Source: Vicugna vicugna | Lineage: Eukaryota | Direction of reading: 5' to 3' | Assembly: GCA_013265495.1 (NCBI GenBank) | Contig: MU063738.1 | Span: 186,001-250,000 of the forward strand | DNA length: 64,000 nt | Part shown: piece after piece, positions 35,600-49,159 of the stretch | Numbering within the stretch: position 1 is the first letter of the stretch | Layout: the number at the start of each line of letters is the position of its first letter | The notes under the pieces: generated by a model | The model's database searches: none | The model's input: only the letters and a program-made list of their open reading frames with translations | Told to the model about the DNA's origin: nothing | Program-made: the position numbers and the translations under genes

Positions 35600-35900
35600 A
35601 GCTCACAAGTGACTGTTGGCACCCCTCCCCTGCTCCCTCCATGTCCCATCTGATACAAGCTGTCACCCCCTCACATCCCTGGTTCCCTGGTCCAGCTGTT
35701 GTCACCTCTTCCCCGGATTGTGCAGAAGCCATTCACTCGGCCTGGTTAATTTCTGTGCAGCCTTCAAGTCTCAGTTTAGGTGTCCCTTCCTCCAGAAAAC
35801 CATCCTTCGTCTTGCTGAGAAGCCCGTCTGGTGCTCATCCACACCAACCAGCCCTCCTTCGCAGTTCTGATTGCAGCAGACCTGATGTGTGTGTGTTTGG
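35600..35900 (+). mobile_element. L2 fragment
   Basis: CCTTCAAGTCTCAGTTTAGGTGTCCCTTCCTCCAGAAAACC is the L2 motif TTCAAGTCTCAGCTCAAATGTCACCTCCTCCAGGAAGCC. Confidence 0.65.
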
Positions 35901-37659
35901 GTTGTATGATCAGCGTCGGGTCCTTGAGTGGACTGCACACCCCACGAGGGCACCTATAACCCAGCCTCCAGGCCTTCCAGGCCAGGACCAGAGAAAGGGG
36001 CCCACAGAGGAGGCCTGGAAAGGCCCTGGGGGAGTGGCGACCGGGTCACATGACGTGGCGCACCTGGTGCAGCTCCGCCCCCACCCGGCCTCCAGTGCCA
36101 CCTCTGCTCCCCATCCGGAAGCTAAGGCCAGTGCTTGGTGGGCTTGGCATCTCTGCACAGGTCCTGGTCTCTCTGTGACCCCATGTGAGGTGAGGCACCA
36201 CCGAGAGCCCGGAACTGGGCCAGACACCAGGGTGCAGACCCCACCTTGTGGAGCTTATGCTGAAGGGAGTGGGCTGGTGCAGTGCTGAACTCGTGCCCAC
36301 AGCGGCAGAGGGGGCGTCGGGCTGCGAGGGGACCAGGACAGTGACAGTGGGAGTGCGCGGTGGGCTGGGGGCACGGATGGCTGGACAGTTCAGGAGAGCC
36401 GGCGCTGGGGAAGGGGCAGGGAAGCTGTGGGGGGGAGCAGACGGGGCCAGTCTGGGAAGGGCCTTGATGGCCAGAGGGTGGCATTTTGTTTGAGTGCAGC
36501 TGGGTACGGTGACACCCAAGGTCTCATGGTGACGACACGCAGACATCAGGCAGTGCCCGCAGAGAGACAGGGAGACCCACGCCATCGGGGAGGTGCCCAT
36601 CGTCCATGCGCTGAGCCGGGGGACTTACCTGCAGGGCTGGGTTAGGAGGAACTCCAAAGGCTGGGGCGGGTACTGGGAGGTGGCGGGGTGAGCATCACCA
36701 GGCAGCCGGGGTTGTAGGCACCGTGTGTCCTTGGGTTTCTGAAGGGAACCGGCTATGAACGTTCCTTCAGAGGAAGAACTGGGAAGTCAAGCGTTTAGTT
36801 CGTCCACGGCACACCATTAACCCAGCACCGAGATTCCAGGTCTCACTCTGGAGCCGTAGTTTTGCCACGGAAGGGGTGGTTCTCACCCTGGGCAACGCAA
36901 AGAATGGTGGGTGCTGACCCCCACCAGGCAGGCTGACAGAGAGCCTGAGGACCCCCTGCCCCATGGCTGCAGCCAGCTGCCTCCTGGTTTCCCCGGGATC
37001 CTGCTGTCTCATCACAGGTGGGCTCCTGTCACCTTGCACTCAGTCCACTGTCATCAAGGTCACAGAAAGCGGGGAGGCGGTTGATCTGGGACAGTGTCCC
37101 GCCGAAACCAGACAGCAGCCACTGAAGAAGAAGTGGGAGGAGGGGCCATGGGTGGCTGTGTAGGGGTCCCGGGAGGGCAGTGCAGGTGGAGGGTGGACCC
37201 CCATAAGTGCACGGCCCCAGGGTTCCTCCTGAGCCACCACCACACCAAGACACAGGCCCTTCTCCCCAGCAAGCCTGGCTTCTGAACCATGGGCTGAGGC
37301 GCCAATGCTGCAGGGGCGCCTCCACTGCAGGGCTGCAGGGCGAGGGGCAGGAGCCATCTCCCCAGACACACCCCCTCTGACACCCGCTGCCCCTACTCAG
37401 CTGAGGAAGCCACTCTCCCTGCTAACGCCTCGGCTGTGACGGGCACCACTTCACTCTGATTTTCCACTTCTGTAAAATGGGTAGAATATGTGACTAGAAA
37501 CTGACATCTGAAGCCTTTGAGGAAGAGCACAGAGATGGTTCAGGCATTTCACAGCTTCGCAGACCTGAGGTTGAGGGAGGGGCGTGGGAGGCAGTGACTG
37601 ACTCTGGTCCCAGACTGTTGGACTCAAGCTGGTCCCTGCTCACACGACTTAGTGCCCTA

Positions 37660-38090
37660 CAGGCCGGGACCTGAATCCTGGCTCCGGCACTAGTCTGCTG
37701 GGTGAGCTTGAGTAAATCATTTGCAGGTTTGAGCCTCAGTTTTCTCAGCTGTGAGATGACACAAACATGCATTTCATAAGGTAGCTGTAAGGATGAGGTA
37801 GGACCCAGGGGCCACCTGGTTGGGAACGAGGGACCCAGTGTTGACCAGCGAGGCTGTGGCAGAGGGGTGTAGGGTGCAGCCTCAGACCTCAAATCCCGTG
37901 TCTTCCACCCCCGAGCTGTGTGACCCTGGACAGATTACTTTACCTCTCTCTGCCTCAGATTTCTTGTCTGTGAAATGGGAATGAGGCTGATCCTCTCCCT
38001 GGGGTTTTGTAAGTAACTGAATTCACACAAACACTTAGAGTAGTGCCTGGCATGGGGAAAGCACTCAGTGTGTGTCTCCTGTTGTCATCG
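37660..38090 (+). mobile_element. Two adjacent MIRs
   Basis: TGAATCCTGGCTCCGGCACTAG..GAGCCTCAGTTTTCTCAGCTGTGAGATG (37660-37800) and GCTGTGTGACCCTGGACAGATTACTTTACCTCTCTCTGCCTCAGATTTC..GTAGTGCCTGGCATGG (37880-38090). Confidence 0.75.
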
Positions 38091-39699
38091 TCACCACTGT
38101 CACCCACATCTTGGTACCAGAACCTCCTGAGCTCCAAGCACTGGCCTCACCCAGCGTGTGTCCCCAGACCTGGGCCAGCTGACCGGCCAGGGGCCTCGTG
38201 GCAGAGCTGTCTTGGTGCCCCGACTCTCTTTCCAGGAGAGACTGAGACGGCCCCTTGGGTGAGATGCTCAGCTGGAGCAGACCTCCCCACCACGCAGGTG
38301 GTCCTGCCAGCTCCACTTGGTGGCTCAGTTCTGGAGGCGGCCCCTGCGGCTTGCCGGCAGCCCTGTCTCTTCTGGGGGAGCCAGACGAGGAGGGAGCCAG
38401 CATACTCCCCAATCTGAGGGCCCCTCCCTGTGCCCCTCAAGCCCTGTTGCGGGTCTGGCTCACTTGTCTGCTGCATTCTTTCCTTTTGACAATTTCTTTA
38501 TCCAAAACCCCCGTTTAAAGATGGCCAGATGCGTCTGGAGCGCAGGTGTAGATGCAGTTCAGGTTTCCCACAGGACTGCTCTTCAGCCCCCACGTTAACC
38601 CCTCTTCTGAGGGGTCAGCAGGCCCCTCAGTCTTGTGTACGCCGCCCTGCACTCCATGCCCCACCGCACGCAAACTGCTCAGCACGGAGCAGAGCACTCA
38701 GCGAACAAGAGCTGCTTTGCGTCTCCTCTGCAAAGCAGAGATAAAGATGCCAACCCCAACCGACACGCAGGACCCGGACGCTGCTCCCAGCTTTTCACAC
38801 GTTTTTTCACTCATGCAGTCTCTACAATGATCATAGGAGGTGGAAACCATTTTTGTTCCCATTTTACAGGGGAGTCACAGAGAGGTGAGTCCTCCCTCTC
38901 CCCTCACTTGGTTGAGGCTGGGCTGGGGCAGGGTCTCTGACAAGGCTGCCTGGGCCACTCATCCAGGGGGCCAGCCATGGGGGTGTCAGGCCCTGGGCTG
39001 GGGAGGAGGTGGCGGCCTTCATGAAGGCCCAGATCAGTCAGAAGGGAAGACATCGAACACAGCGGAAGCCAACCTAGAGGGACTGAGAAGTTCCCCTCCC
39101 AACCTCCCACCCGACCTGCAGGGTGGGCTTTGAACCAGAGGTCTGGGGCAGCAGGGGGGCTCTGTGGAGGAGACACCCGAGAGTCCAAGAGTTGCTCTCA
39201 TTGGAGGGAGAGGAGTGGACATGAACTTACCTGGAGGCGACTTTTGGGGAGATGCTGGTGCTGGCACCCAGCGGCAAAGAGGGACAAAGCAGAGAACCTG
39301 TGCTGGGCTGGCACCAGAGGCCAGGCCTGGGGCAGGGGGAGGGAAGGAGGGGGAGTCCATTCATCCCAGAGGCTGAGGGGGAAGTTGGGGTTTGCTAAGT
39401 GCGGTGGGGCTGAGGGCAAGGCGAGGAGACGTACTTCGTACCCAAGAGAAGGCCAAGGAGAGGGATGTGTCCATCTGTTTGTTCCTTCCTTTCCGAAAGG
39501 AGCTGACACCGAGCTCCAGGAGAGGCACCGCACCAGTTTCTGCACCGCCGTCAGCCTCACAGGAACTCCGCCTTAAAATTAAAATCCCTGCGCTGTGGGT
39601 GAGAAACCTGGGCTTACAGAGGTCACACAATTAGCCCAAGGTCACACAGCGTGCGGTGGCAGTGCCAGGACTCGAGGACTCTGAGTCTCAGAACCACCA

Positions 39700-40150
39700 A
39701 GATTTACTGTGAGCCTGCTTGGTGTTGGTGGCCAGAGGGCAGAGGGTCCATCCCACCTGGAGCACATGGTCCGGGGTGGGGGGAGATGAGAGCAAGAAAT
39801 GACAGAGGTGACAGTGCTGCAGAGGCGAAGCACGGTGCACAGGCAGGAGGTATCGGGGGACAAGACTGGCAGGATGAGGGGATGGTGGGGTGGTGGTGTG
39901 GGCGAGAGGACAGAGTCCTCCAGTGAGGGGACAGCGTGTGCAGATGTTTTGTGCAGGAACCAGCACAGCCCTTTCAGGACCTGCGAGGCGATCAGTGCAG
40001 TTAGAGCACAGGAGGTGAGCGAGGCAGAGCCAGGTGAAGCTGGAGGCTGGGAGGGGGCCACATCTGGTGACAGAGGAACCTGCAGGGAGGCAGGGTGGGA
40101 GGGCAACGGGGTAGGGGCGGGCGGCAAGCAGCCCCTGGGAAGGAAGGCGC
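39700..40150 (-). mobile_element. L2 fragment
   Basis: Purine-rich reverse L2 3' region (AGATTTACTGTGAGCCTGCTTGGTG..GAGATGAGAGCAAGAAATGACAGAGGTGACAGTGCT). Confidence 0.5.
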
Positions 40151-42394
40151 AGCTACAGTTACGCACCAGTGCATGTGGACGAGGGGAGGGTCAGCCCCTG
40201 GGGTCACGAGACCCAGTGCCACGCCTAACTGGCATCAACAGGAGAACCTGGGAAGCCTTGGGGGCTTTTGGTGCCACACGGAGTGAAAAACTGTCCCTTC
40301 CTTGACTTCCTGCCTCTTGGGACTTTTAAAAGGCTCAAGTGAAATCAAGGCTGTAAGCTGTTGTTACTCGCCCCCCACCCCGGGGGGTCCTCTGGTGCCT
40401 GAGCGGCTCTCAGCTGCCTCTTCTCAAGGCACCACAAGGTTCCCACCTCCCCATCTCGACCCAGGCCCTGCCAGGGCCCAGGTGAGCTGGCCCTTCAGAA
40501 TCCCACCCCTCAGGAGGGGAGGGGCACGCTGGGGGGGGCAGAAGCCTCACACACAGGGACTCTCAGAAGGAGCAGACAGCCCTGCACAAGGGCTTTTTCT
40601 GTAATTAGACCGCTGTACTGGAGGCAGCTCTGAGTAAGGCGTGGGGAGCTTTGATCGTCTTACCAGCAGTCAGGAGGGCCACTTCGACCACCCCCCGGCC
40701 TCCAAGCCACCTCGTATTCCAACCGTTCAGCCACTAGCCTCTCCGGCATGCAGGATGGTGTCCCGGGACCCTGAGCATCAGGAAATTCAAAGTCTGACCT
40801 GAGTCCAGCCTGCTGAACTTTCAGCCCCTTCCTTTTTCCTCCTGGCAAGGGACGCTTTTGTGGGATTCCCTTCTCCAGGGAGAAACAGAAGAGGGACAGC
40901 CAGGTGACAGGGCCCCCTCACTGAGGGTGCCACTGTGGAGGTGTGGGAGGGAACCTCTGCTGAACAGCTGACCTTGTGCCCTTGACCCTCCAGTGCCCCT
41001 TTCCGTCTGAGGAATGCTGAGCATCAGCAGGACTGCCCAGAGGGTCTTGGGCGTCAGTCCTGTCCCCCCGACCCCCTCCTACCCGTGTGCAGCCCTGCCA
41101 GACCCGCGGGTGGCAGACTGGAAACGCCCGCATCAGCCTTTCCTGCGCCGGGTCCTGACGGCTGCCTTCTCCAGACAGGCTCCGGCCGGCCCCGCGGGGG
41201 CGGCGGTGCCGCAGCGCTGCGGGGACCCAGCTCTGGAGACACGCAGTGGCGGCTGGGGTCACAGGGAGGAGGCAGAGGAGAGGGGTTTGCAGGTACCGGG
41301 AATCCCCGGGGTTCCTCGACTCCAGGAGATGAGGAGCCCTGGGAAGCCTGAGTGAGCTCAGCACACGGAATTTGAGGAGTGTCATTTCTCGGGTCGAACC
41401 CCCAACCTGATTCATGATTCTGAGTTTGCAGAGCAGGGGAAAGCAGGGAGCAGCTGCCGGGGGAGGCGGGGAGGCAAGGGGGTGAGGCCAGGCATGCGAG
41501 GGGCAAGGTCAGGATAGGGGGCTGGCCTGACACCAGCATAAGTTCCGCGGGGCTGAACTGGGGTCCTGAGGTCTGGGCGGTGAGTGCTGAGGATCGAGAA
41601 TGGGGTTCAAGTCCTGGCCCTCCCCGAGAGGGAGAGGCGGAATGGTCCCCACGGCAGAAGACCCGCGGCGGGCTCCCATCTGGGAGCCGGTCCGGTCCGG
41701 TGCCCTGGACACTTGCTCCTCCCCCGCAGGGCCCTCCGCCGCTTTGTCTCTTGCCCGAGACGCGGGAGGAGGGCCCGGGGCACCAGCGCCCGACGGGTGC
41801 AGGGCGGCTGCGGTCGGGGCTCTCGGGCCGATGCCCCCCGCCTCCCCCACCCATTTTGTCTCGGTCCTCTTCTTCGCCCTCCCTTTTCTTTTCCTCCTCG
41901 ACTCAGGGAAACCTCCATCCGTATCCCCTGAAGCGAATCGGCTCCCTCCCACCCGCTAGCGGGTTCCCGACCGCGGGGAGGCCCCCGCCCCGCCGTCCTT
42001 CCCAGCCAATCCCGGCGCCCGAGAGGATCGGAAAGCCCGTGGGTGGCGGGTGCAGTGGGAGTGTCGCGGGGGGGGCGCACAGCGGGCGGGGGCGCCTCCG
42101 CAGTCTCCGGGGGCGCGCGGCCGGCCCCGCCCACCCCAAACTTATCCGGGGGCGCGCGGGCCGGACCCCTTCCCTGCCCACGTCTCTGGCACCCGCCTCC
42201 CCGCCCGGTCGCGGCCGCGGCCGCAGCGGCGGCGGCGGCGCACGGGCGGCCCCCGGCGGCTGGCTCGCGGGGGCGGGGGAGGGGGCCTGCGTCGGGCCGG
42301 CGGGGTCGCCCTCCGAGGGCCGGCCCGCGCCGCGTGCAGGCGGATGTGAGGAGCATCTCAATTGGCGGGCGGGGGAGCGGGGCAGGTGTTACTA

Positions 42395-42557
42395 CTGCAG
42401 CGCGCGAGGGAGCCGGCGGGCGGAGCAGAGCCGCAGCGGCCGGGTGGCGGGGAAGGGCGGAGAGGGGCCTGGACTCCCGGACCGCGGCCGGACCGCGGCC
42501 GCCCCGCGCGCCGCCATCGCCACGAGCTCAGGCCCACCGCTCCCGGAGCGTCCCCGG
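42395..42557 (+). other. SYT2: Probable non-coding first exon of SYT2 (start approximate)
   Basis: Lies inside the CpG island downstream of CCAAT/GC boxes, contains no ATG and ends at CGG|GTAAGA (42557/8). The TSS cannot be fixed from sequence alone. Confidence 0.65.
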
Positions 42558-43105
42558 GTAAGAGGAGCCCGGCGGGGCACCTGAGAGCGCGGCCGAGGGT
42601 CGGGGGCGCGGGCGGATGCGGGCGCCCACCTGGGACGCTCGGACTCGGCTCGGCGCTCACCGCGGTAAACCAAGTGTAGGACGGAGCCCGCGGCGGGGAA
42701 CTGGGCTCCGGAAGTCCCTGAGGGTCCCGGGGGAGGTGTCCCGAACGATCCCCTCGTCCTCGCTGAGAGCCGTGGGAAGGGGCGCCGCGGAAGGTGGATA
42801 GGGCGGGTGTGCAGTGAAGAGTGGCTGCGGGCGCGGGACCCCAGCCGCGCCCGCCGCAGTGAGGACGTGGGCAGGCTCGGGAGACCCCGGGCGCAGAGCC
42901 GGGCGCGCCGGGGACCGGGCAGTGCGCGGAGCCCAGTTCCTTTCCGCGCCCCCGGCCCTGCGGCGCCGTCCGGGTCTGGGACGGGCGGCGGCATCTTCCG
43001 CCCCTTCCTCTCCCCGAAACTTTTTCATACTCAGCAAGCGCCGCGTCTCGGTTCGTAGACACAAGGTCCCAAGAATCCTGGCGAGGGATGGAGCTTGGAG
43101 AGGCC

Positions 43106-43132
43106 GGGGAGGGGGTGGGGGAGGGGAAGGGG
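43106..43132 (+). other. Strong G-quadruplex-forming motif at the 3' edge of the CpG island
   Basis: GGGG-A-GGGGG-T-GGGGG-A-GGGG-AA-GGGG: five G4-5 runs with 1-2 nt loops. Confidence 0.7.
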
Positions 43133-45174
43133 CAGCAGGGCAGTGGGTGCGCATGCTCCGCTCGTTTTGCTGTGTGACCTTGTACGAGCTGCTGCACATC
43201 TCTGAACCTCAGGGTGACAGGGTGCGTAGTGCCCCAGCTGGGGCAGGGTGGTGGGTGAGCATCTGCCCGGGCCTGGGCACTGAGGATGCGCCGCCCTAGT
43301 TTGCCCGCCTCTCTGCGGGAGCTGGGGGCTCACTTCCTGGGGAGGCAGGTGGCAGCGTGGAGCTGGTTTCCCAGCGTGCCAGAAGTCAGGAAGCTTCCAT
43401 TCTGACTCCACCTATGACCTTGGACAACTCACTTATCCCTCTGGGCCTCAGTATTTTCACCTGGAACATGGGGGTATCTGCTGCCCCCCCACAGGTGAAG
43501 TGCCCTGGAGGGAAGGGGGTGCAGCTCCATCAGTCCATCCCATCTGTGACCCAGCATCTGGGGGAGCTGGCTCCCTCCCCCCACAGAGGCACTGTTTCCA
43601 TTCTCAGAATCTCCACACCACACACCTGTGCAGGGGACAGAGCCTTCCCTGGAGAAAGGTTCCCAGTGCTGGACAGGAGGCCTGTGGTAAAAGGAAGATG
43701 TCAGGGGCCCCCAAGGTCATGCTTGTCTCTGGACTGATGAGGATGCTCTGAACGTCTGCACATTGTAGCCCCTGGCACCCTGCTGGGCACTGCGGGGGGG
43801 GGGGGGCTTCCCATGGGAGAATAAACTTGACTCCTTCTTGGGGTGATCCTGGCTCCATTCCAGCAGAGATGAACGGTACCATCTCATTGGGCCTCAGGGT
43901 GCTGTGGCAAAGTCCTGGTTTAGGATAGGAGCCCTAGGTTTAATTTTAGGCCTTACCTCCCATTCGTGTGACCTTGTGTGACCTTGGGCAAGCCCCTTTC
44001 TTGCTTCCTTGCCTGTACATGGGAGGGATTGAACTAGGTGACTGCCCAGGAGCCCCCCAGCCTGAAGTCCTGCGGCTGCAGTTCTGGGCTGGTGTCTGAT
44101 AGTGAGACGTGGGCCCAGTGGGGCAGGGGGCCTCGGAAATTCCCCAGAGTGGGGATGACCTGAGACAGGATTCTGTGAGTGGGCAGTGCATCCGCAGGAG
44201 CCCCGGGTGTTACTAGTTATTGGCCGTGTGCCCTTGAGCAAGTCACTTTACATCTTTGAGCTTCAGTTAGTTGTCAGAACAAAATGATAATAGCTGTGGT
44301 GTTTTAGGATGGCTGTGAGGAGTGAATGAGAAGCATGCTTAGTACAGGGTGGAGCCTCCCAGCCCCTAGCTAGCATGAGGCAGCTACTGCTGAGGAGAAG
44401 GGAGACCCTTGCCTCTCTGCCAGCAGGGGGGCAGGAGTGGGCTGGGGAGGGGGGCACACTTCAAGGTGCTCTCCCTGCAGTTTCCAGGGCTCCTGCGGAA
44501 GGGCACGGCAGCACTGCAACCCCCACAGCCTCGCTGCCTCTCTGCCTCTGTCTCTGTCTCTGTCTCATTCTCTCTTGGACCATCAGAGTCATCCTGCAGC
44601 TGAAACTTCATGGGGAAGAAACTGCTGGACTTTCCTCTCATCTCACATCTGTTTTCCTCTGGTTCCCTTGTCCCACTTTCTGCCATACGTCTGGTCCCTT
44701 CTGTGGTTACAGGGTGTGGCTGCATTCCATCCACTCCCCGAGCCTTCCGGAAATAAGCCAACTGCAGCCAAGAGCAAGTGAGGCTGGACCCGGGGAGGGA
44801 ACAGGTAGAGCACCTCTGCACCCAGGACCCCAGGATGCCAGTGTGGGCCATACAGGTGCCCTGGGGGGCTGGGTCGTGGGGTGGTGGGGCCAGGATTGGC
44901 TTACCCTAGACTTGCTGTGCAACCTTAGGCAAGTCACACCCCCTGGGCCCCTGTCTTCCCAACTGCAAAGGAAAAGTTTGGTTTGGATGATTCTCAGGGC
45001 CTCCTGACCCTTCGTGCCGGAGTAGCAAAGAAATGGTCTTGCTGGCTCTGCTTTTGCTGAGGCTGGGAGGGTGTGCAGTGGGTGCGAGGTTCTGAGAGTC
45101 ACGCAGTCGCTGCCCCTCGGTCGCAGTACTGTGACGGCCTGGGGAGAGGGGAGTACATCTCCTCAGAGTGCTGA

Positions 45175-45415
45175 TGGTTAAGAGCAAAGGCTTTGTGGAA
45201 AGACACATCCAGATTCCCACCTTGAGTCTTTCCTTATTAGCTGTGTGAATTTGGGCAAATTACTTAACCTCTCTGAGCCTCAGTTATGTCACCTGTAAAA
45301 TGGGAACAGTGTTGCCTACTTCTTAGGGTTCTGCTGAAGATTACGTGGGAACGATTTATATAAAACCCTGGGATGTGGGGAGTTCTTTGAACTGAGTGCT
45401 GCATGAGAAACGGGC
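45175..45415 (+). mobile_element. Near full-length MIR
   Basis: GGTTAAGAGCAAAGGCTTTG...GCTGTGTGAATTTGGGCAAATTACTTAACCTCTCTGAGCCTCAGTT...CTGTAAAATGGG. Confidence 0.85.
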
Positions 45416-48400
45416 TTTCTGAGGTTCTGTGCGAGCAGGGGCTCAACATAGAGGAAGTGCGGGCACAGAGCCCACCGTCCTGCAGTGTCACCACCACAGG
45501 CTTCTGAGAAAGCCCTGCCTGCCTCGTCCTCTTCTCATTGTGCTCTGCTGCCTGTGGCCTCTGGAGCTGGACGCACTGGGCCTTGTCACAGGCCTTGGGG
45601 GTGAGTCTGCAGAGAGAATCATGGAGCTGACAGCAGGCCCCTAGTGACGAGGGTACAAGGTGGAGCCTGACAGCCTCCATTCAAGGTTAGTCTTGAGAAA
45701 AGGGCTGGAAAATAAGGTCTTGGAGAAAAGGCATCACTGCCCACAGGTTTGTTGAGTGAGTGGAACTACCACATGGGGCACCAGAAGGGGCCTTTGGCAT
45801 CATCTCATCCTGTCTCTGATTCTGGTGATGGGGAAGTTGGGCTCAGAGAGGGAGAGTGCCTTGCCCAGTGTCCCACAGCATGTGGGCATCAGAGATGAGG
45901 CTGCACCTGCCCTGTGGACCCTCAGTCCCGCGCCCTCCCCACTCTCCCCAGTAGCACCAAGTGGTTATTTTTCATCTCTCCTAAAATCAGAGCATGAAGT
46001 GAAGGGCCTTGATTGCAGTGAGAGGACGTGAGGTCATCAGATCTGACATGCCGAGGTTGCAGATGAGGACACTGAGGCCCAAGAGGATGAAAGGGTTGGC
46101 ATAAGGTTGCCCAGAGCCAGAGCCTTGCACGCCAGGCCCGGGCTGTGCCCGAGGTTCCAGCTGCCGCCCTGCTTCTCGGGCCGGACCGGCCACACAGCAG
46201 CAGCACGGCCACAATGCGGGTATGCGGACCCGATGGGAGAAAGGACAGAAGGGCAGAGGTGTTACTTCCAAGACCCAGATTTTCTCTCTGGCTCTGTCAT
46301 TTGGCCTGTCTCTGCCGGCCCCTGCCTGGAGCTGTTCTGTGTCAGCCTGCCTCGCTCAGCGAGAGAGGAGACCATAGCCAGCCCTCTGGCCTCAGTCCCA
46401 TCGGTGACAGGGACGCTGAGTGGAAGAAAGCTGATACTTGCCCAGTGGCAAAGGAAGGGAGATAGTCCGATCTGGGATGAGAATGAGGGGAGTGACTCTG
46501 AGGAGGGAGGGCACCCCGCTGTGTATGGGAGAACTCCCCCGGCCCCCCAGCCTAACCCCCGGTGCATTTCCCTACTGTCTGGGGCTGGCATCGCCCCAGC
46601 TCCCAGCTCACTGGAGAAGGGGACTTCTGTGGGGAGGCCTCAGAGCAGGCTTACCTCCTTATCTACCACGAGCCCGGGGAGGACGTGGAAGAGTCCTTGC
46701 CAGGTCAGGGGAGGCTGTGAATGACTTTTTCTTGCCTTTGTTCTGTTATCTGTCCATTTTCCTTCTCTGCATCCTGGACTTGGGGGGTGGGCAGGGCGAG
46801 AGCCCACAGCCTCTCAGCTGAAATGCAGCTCGAACCTGCGGCAGCTGCTGGCTGCTTTAATGGCTTCTGTGGTAGCAGTGTCCTGACGATTTGACAAAGG
46901 GAGCTTTGGGAGCAGGGGCCTCTTCGGCACTGGGGCGGCAGGACTGGCGGGCGGCAGAGGAAGGATTTCTTGGCGCAGGCATCACACCTCTGGGTGAGTC
47001 CGCCAGGTGGGGGACTGTGGGTGGGTCCACCGAGCCCGGCCTCCAGGGAGCACGTTCAATGTTACCTGCCCCAGAGAGGCCCCGGTGTAATTCTTGGAGG
47101 TCAGGGCAGCTGCCACAGACAGACCCTGGTCCCCTGGCCCACAACTGCTCACAGGGCTGGCCCTTCCTGGAGACCAGACAGCCACGGTGGACAGCCACCG
47201 TGGACCTGGGGCAGCTGGGCCATTGACTGAGGGGGTGGTCCTGACCTGGCCCCCGCCCAGCCAGCCCTGTGGCAACGATCAGCCACCTGGCAGGAGGGTG
47301 TCTCAGAGCCGCTGCTCTCAGGGGTGGTTGGGGCTGCCGGCCCTGGGCCTCCCTTCAGCCTGCTTCCCACTGCTTGGCCAGGCTGGGACTTGAGGGCAGC
47401 CTGAAGCCTGTGCCCCACGGCCCCCACACATGCCCCTGGGGGAGAGCACAGCCCAGCTCCCTGCCCCGTCGTGAGTGGACTCCCCGAGTCTTCCTGGGCC
47501 CTGGCCCATCGCTGGTGGGACCTGGGTGTGTGCTCCTCGCACCTCATCAGGGCTCAGCACTGCAGCCCAGGGGTTAGGAGCGCAATGCCAGGGCCAGGTG
47601 CCTGCAGGGTTTTGGATAAGAAACACTTGGCACCTCGGTTTCCTCACCTTTAAAATGGAAGTAAAATGGTTTGTACGCCATGGGGTTGATATGAGGGTTT
47701 ACTGTAGTGATATTTTTAGGAAGCTTTAAAAATACAAAGAGCTATAAAAATTGAGCTGTTGATAGGGAGTTTCATAAACCTGAAAGAGGCACTTCGTAGG
47801 TAAAGAAACAGCACAGGAGCCGGGAGGGGGGATGGCAAGGATGTGACTGAGTTTGATCAGAACAACTGGAACCCAGTGATTGCAGTGTAAAGCCCTTGCT
47901 CCCCCCACCCAGCTGTCCCCGCAAACTGTGTCTGGACGGAGGCGTCTCACCTGCCTGACGGTCTGCAATGCCGGCCTCCTCCCGCCTCGGCTCTGGTGCG
48001 GAGGCTTCTGGGCCGAGGCTCTGGCCTGTTGAGCTTTCTGCAAACAGCTCCAAACCCAGTGGGCCGCTCCCCTGACAAACGCAGCTGGGTTCTGGGTGGC
48101 TCTGGGCTGAGTCCGCCCTCCCCCAGCGTCTCCTCTTTCTCTCTCGGCCTGGAAGCTGGAGGTGGGATGGCAGGCAGTCCTGTGTCTCCGAGCACGCCCT
48201 ACAGGGGGCAGGAGTGTGTCCGGACATGGCCCATGGTCACACAGGCAGACAGTGGGAGGGTGGGGGCCATCTCCTTCTATCTGGGACACCCGGCTGGTGG
48301 CCCTGGGATGGGACAGGCGCCCTTCCTCCTACCCCGCAGCCGGGCTGTCTGCAGGGCCCTGAGGCGGGAGGGGGAGCCGCTCACACACACACCACCTTTC

Positions 48401-49159
48401 CTTGCCAGGGGAGACCAGACCTGACTGACCGAACTCATGTCCCCTCCCTCGGCTCCGCCTTCCTGGCGGGAGGCGGCACCCGCCGGGCCTGCTGGTGGCA
48501 TGGGTCTGATGATTAGGTCGAGGGCCCCTGCGGGGGGACAGGAGTGACCAGCCCAGATGCCCCAGCCACCTGGCGAGGGGTGCCTGCTGCCCCAGGGCCC
48601 TCTGGCCAGTTGTGTGGGGTGAGTGACAGGTCTGGAGGGGGAGGCCGCTTTACTTCAGTTACTCAGGGCCTCTGAGCCCTCCTCAAAGTCCCTTCCCAAA
48701 TATCATTTTACCAAGAGCCTCGGAGATGAGCTGCTTTGTCAAGGTCGACCCCAAGGTCACTCCGAGGTGAGCACATGCTGAGTCTGCTGCGCTTCATCCG
48801 CCCACCCCCCCAGGTTCCTGAGGACAGTGCTGGGGTTCTCGGCCTGGTGCCTGTCTCCTGTGACCTTGGCCCTGACCTCAGACCCCTCAGGAGTTCGGAG
48901 GACTGAGGCGAGACCCTGGGAGAGCTTCCTGAGTGGCTTAGCAGGAGATGAGACGGAGGCTGCTCCCAAGATACTTGGGAGCTTGGCTGGACCCGGTCTC
49001 TGGAGAAGCGTCAGGAAATGGCCTCAGACTTGGAGTTAATGGCACAGAGTCCAGAGTTCGGCCCCGCAGCCTCCTGGCCGACCTGAGGGCCGCGGCTGGG
49101 TCTTGGGACCATCGCCCTGCTCTCAAGACTGTGGTCGAAGCTCCTTGCTCTACAGGGGC

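Larger units (their letters stand above)
41080..43260. promoter_or_regulatory. SYT2: Large CpG island, probable proximal SYT2 promoter
   Basis: Densest CpG/GC stretch of the window (many CGCG/GGCGG, (GGC)n at ~42226-42240). Reverse CCAAT (ATTGG 42361-65) next to a GC box (GGGCGGGGG 42367-75), upstream of a consensus donor. Boundaries judged by eye. Confidence 0.85.

Noticed and set aside
41580-43299. Long overlapping ORFs (up to 334 aa) on both strands
   Set aside because: They lie in the CpG island, where stop codons are scarce; low-complexity Gly/Arg/Pro/Ala products with no domain resemblance.
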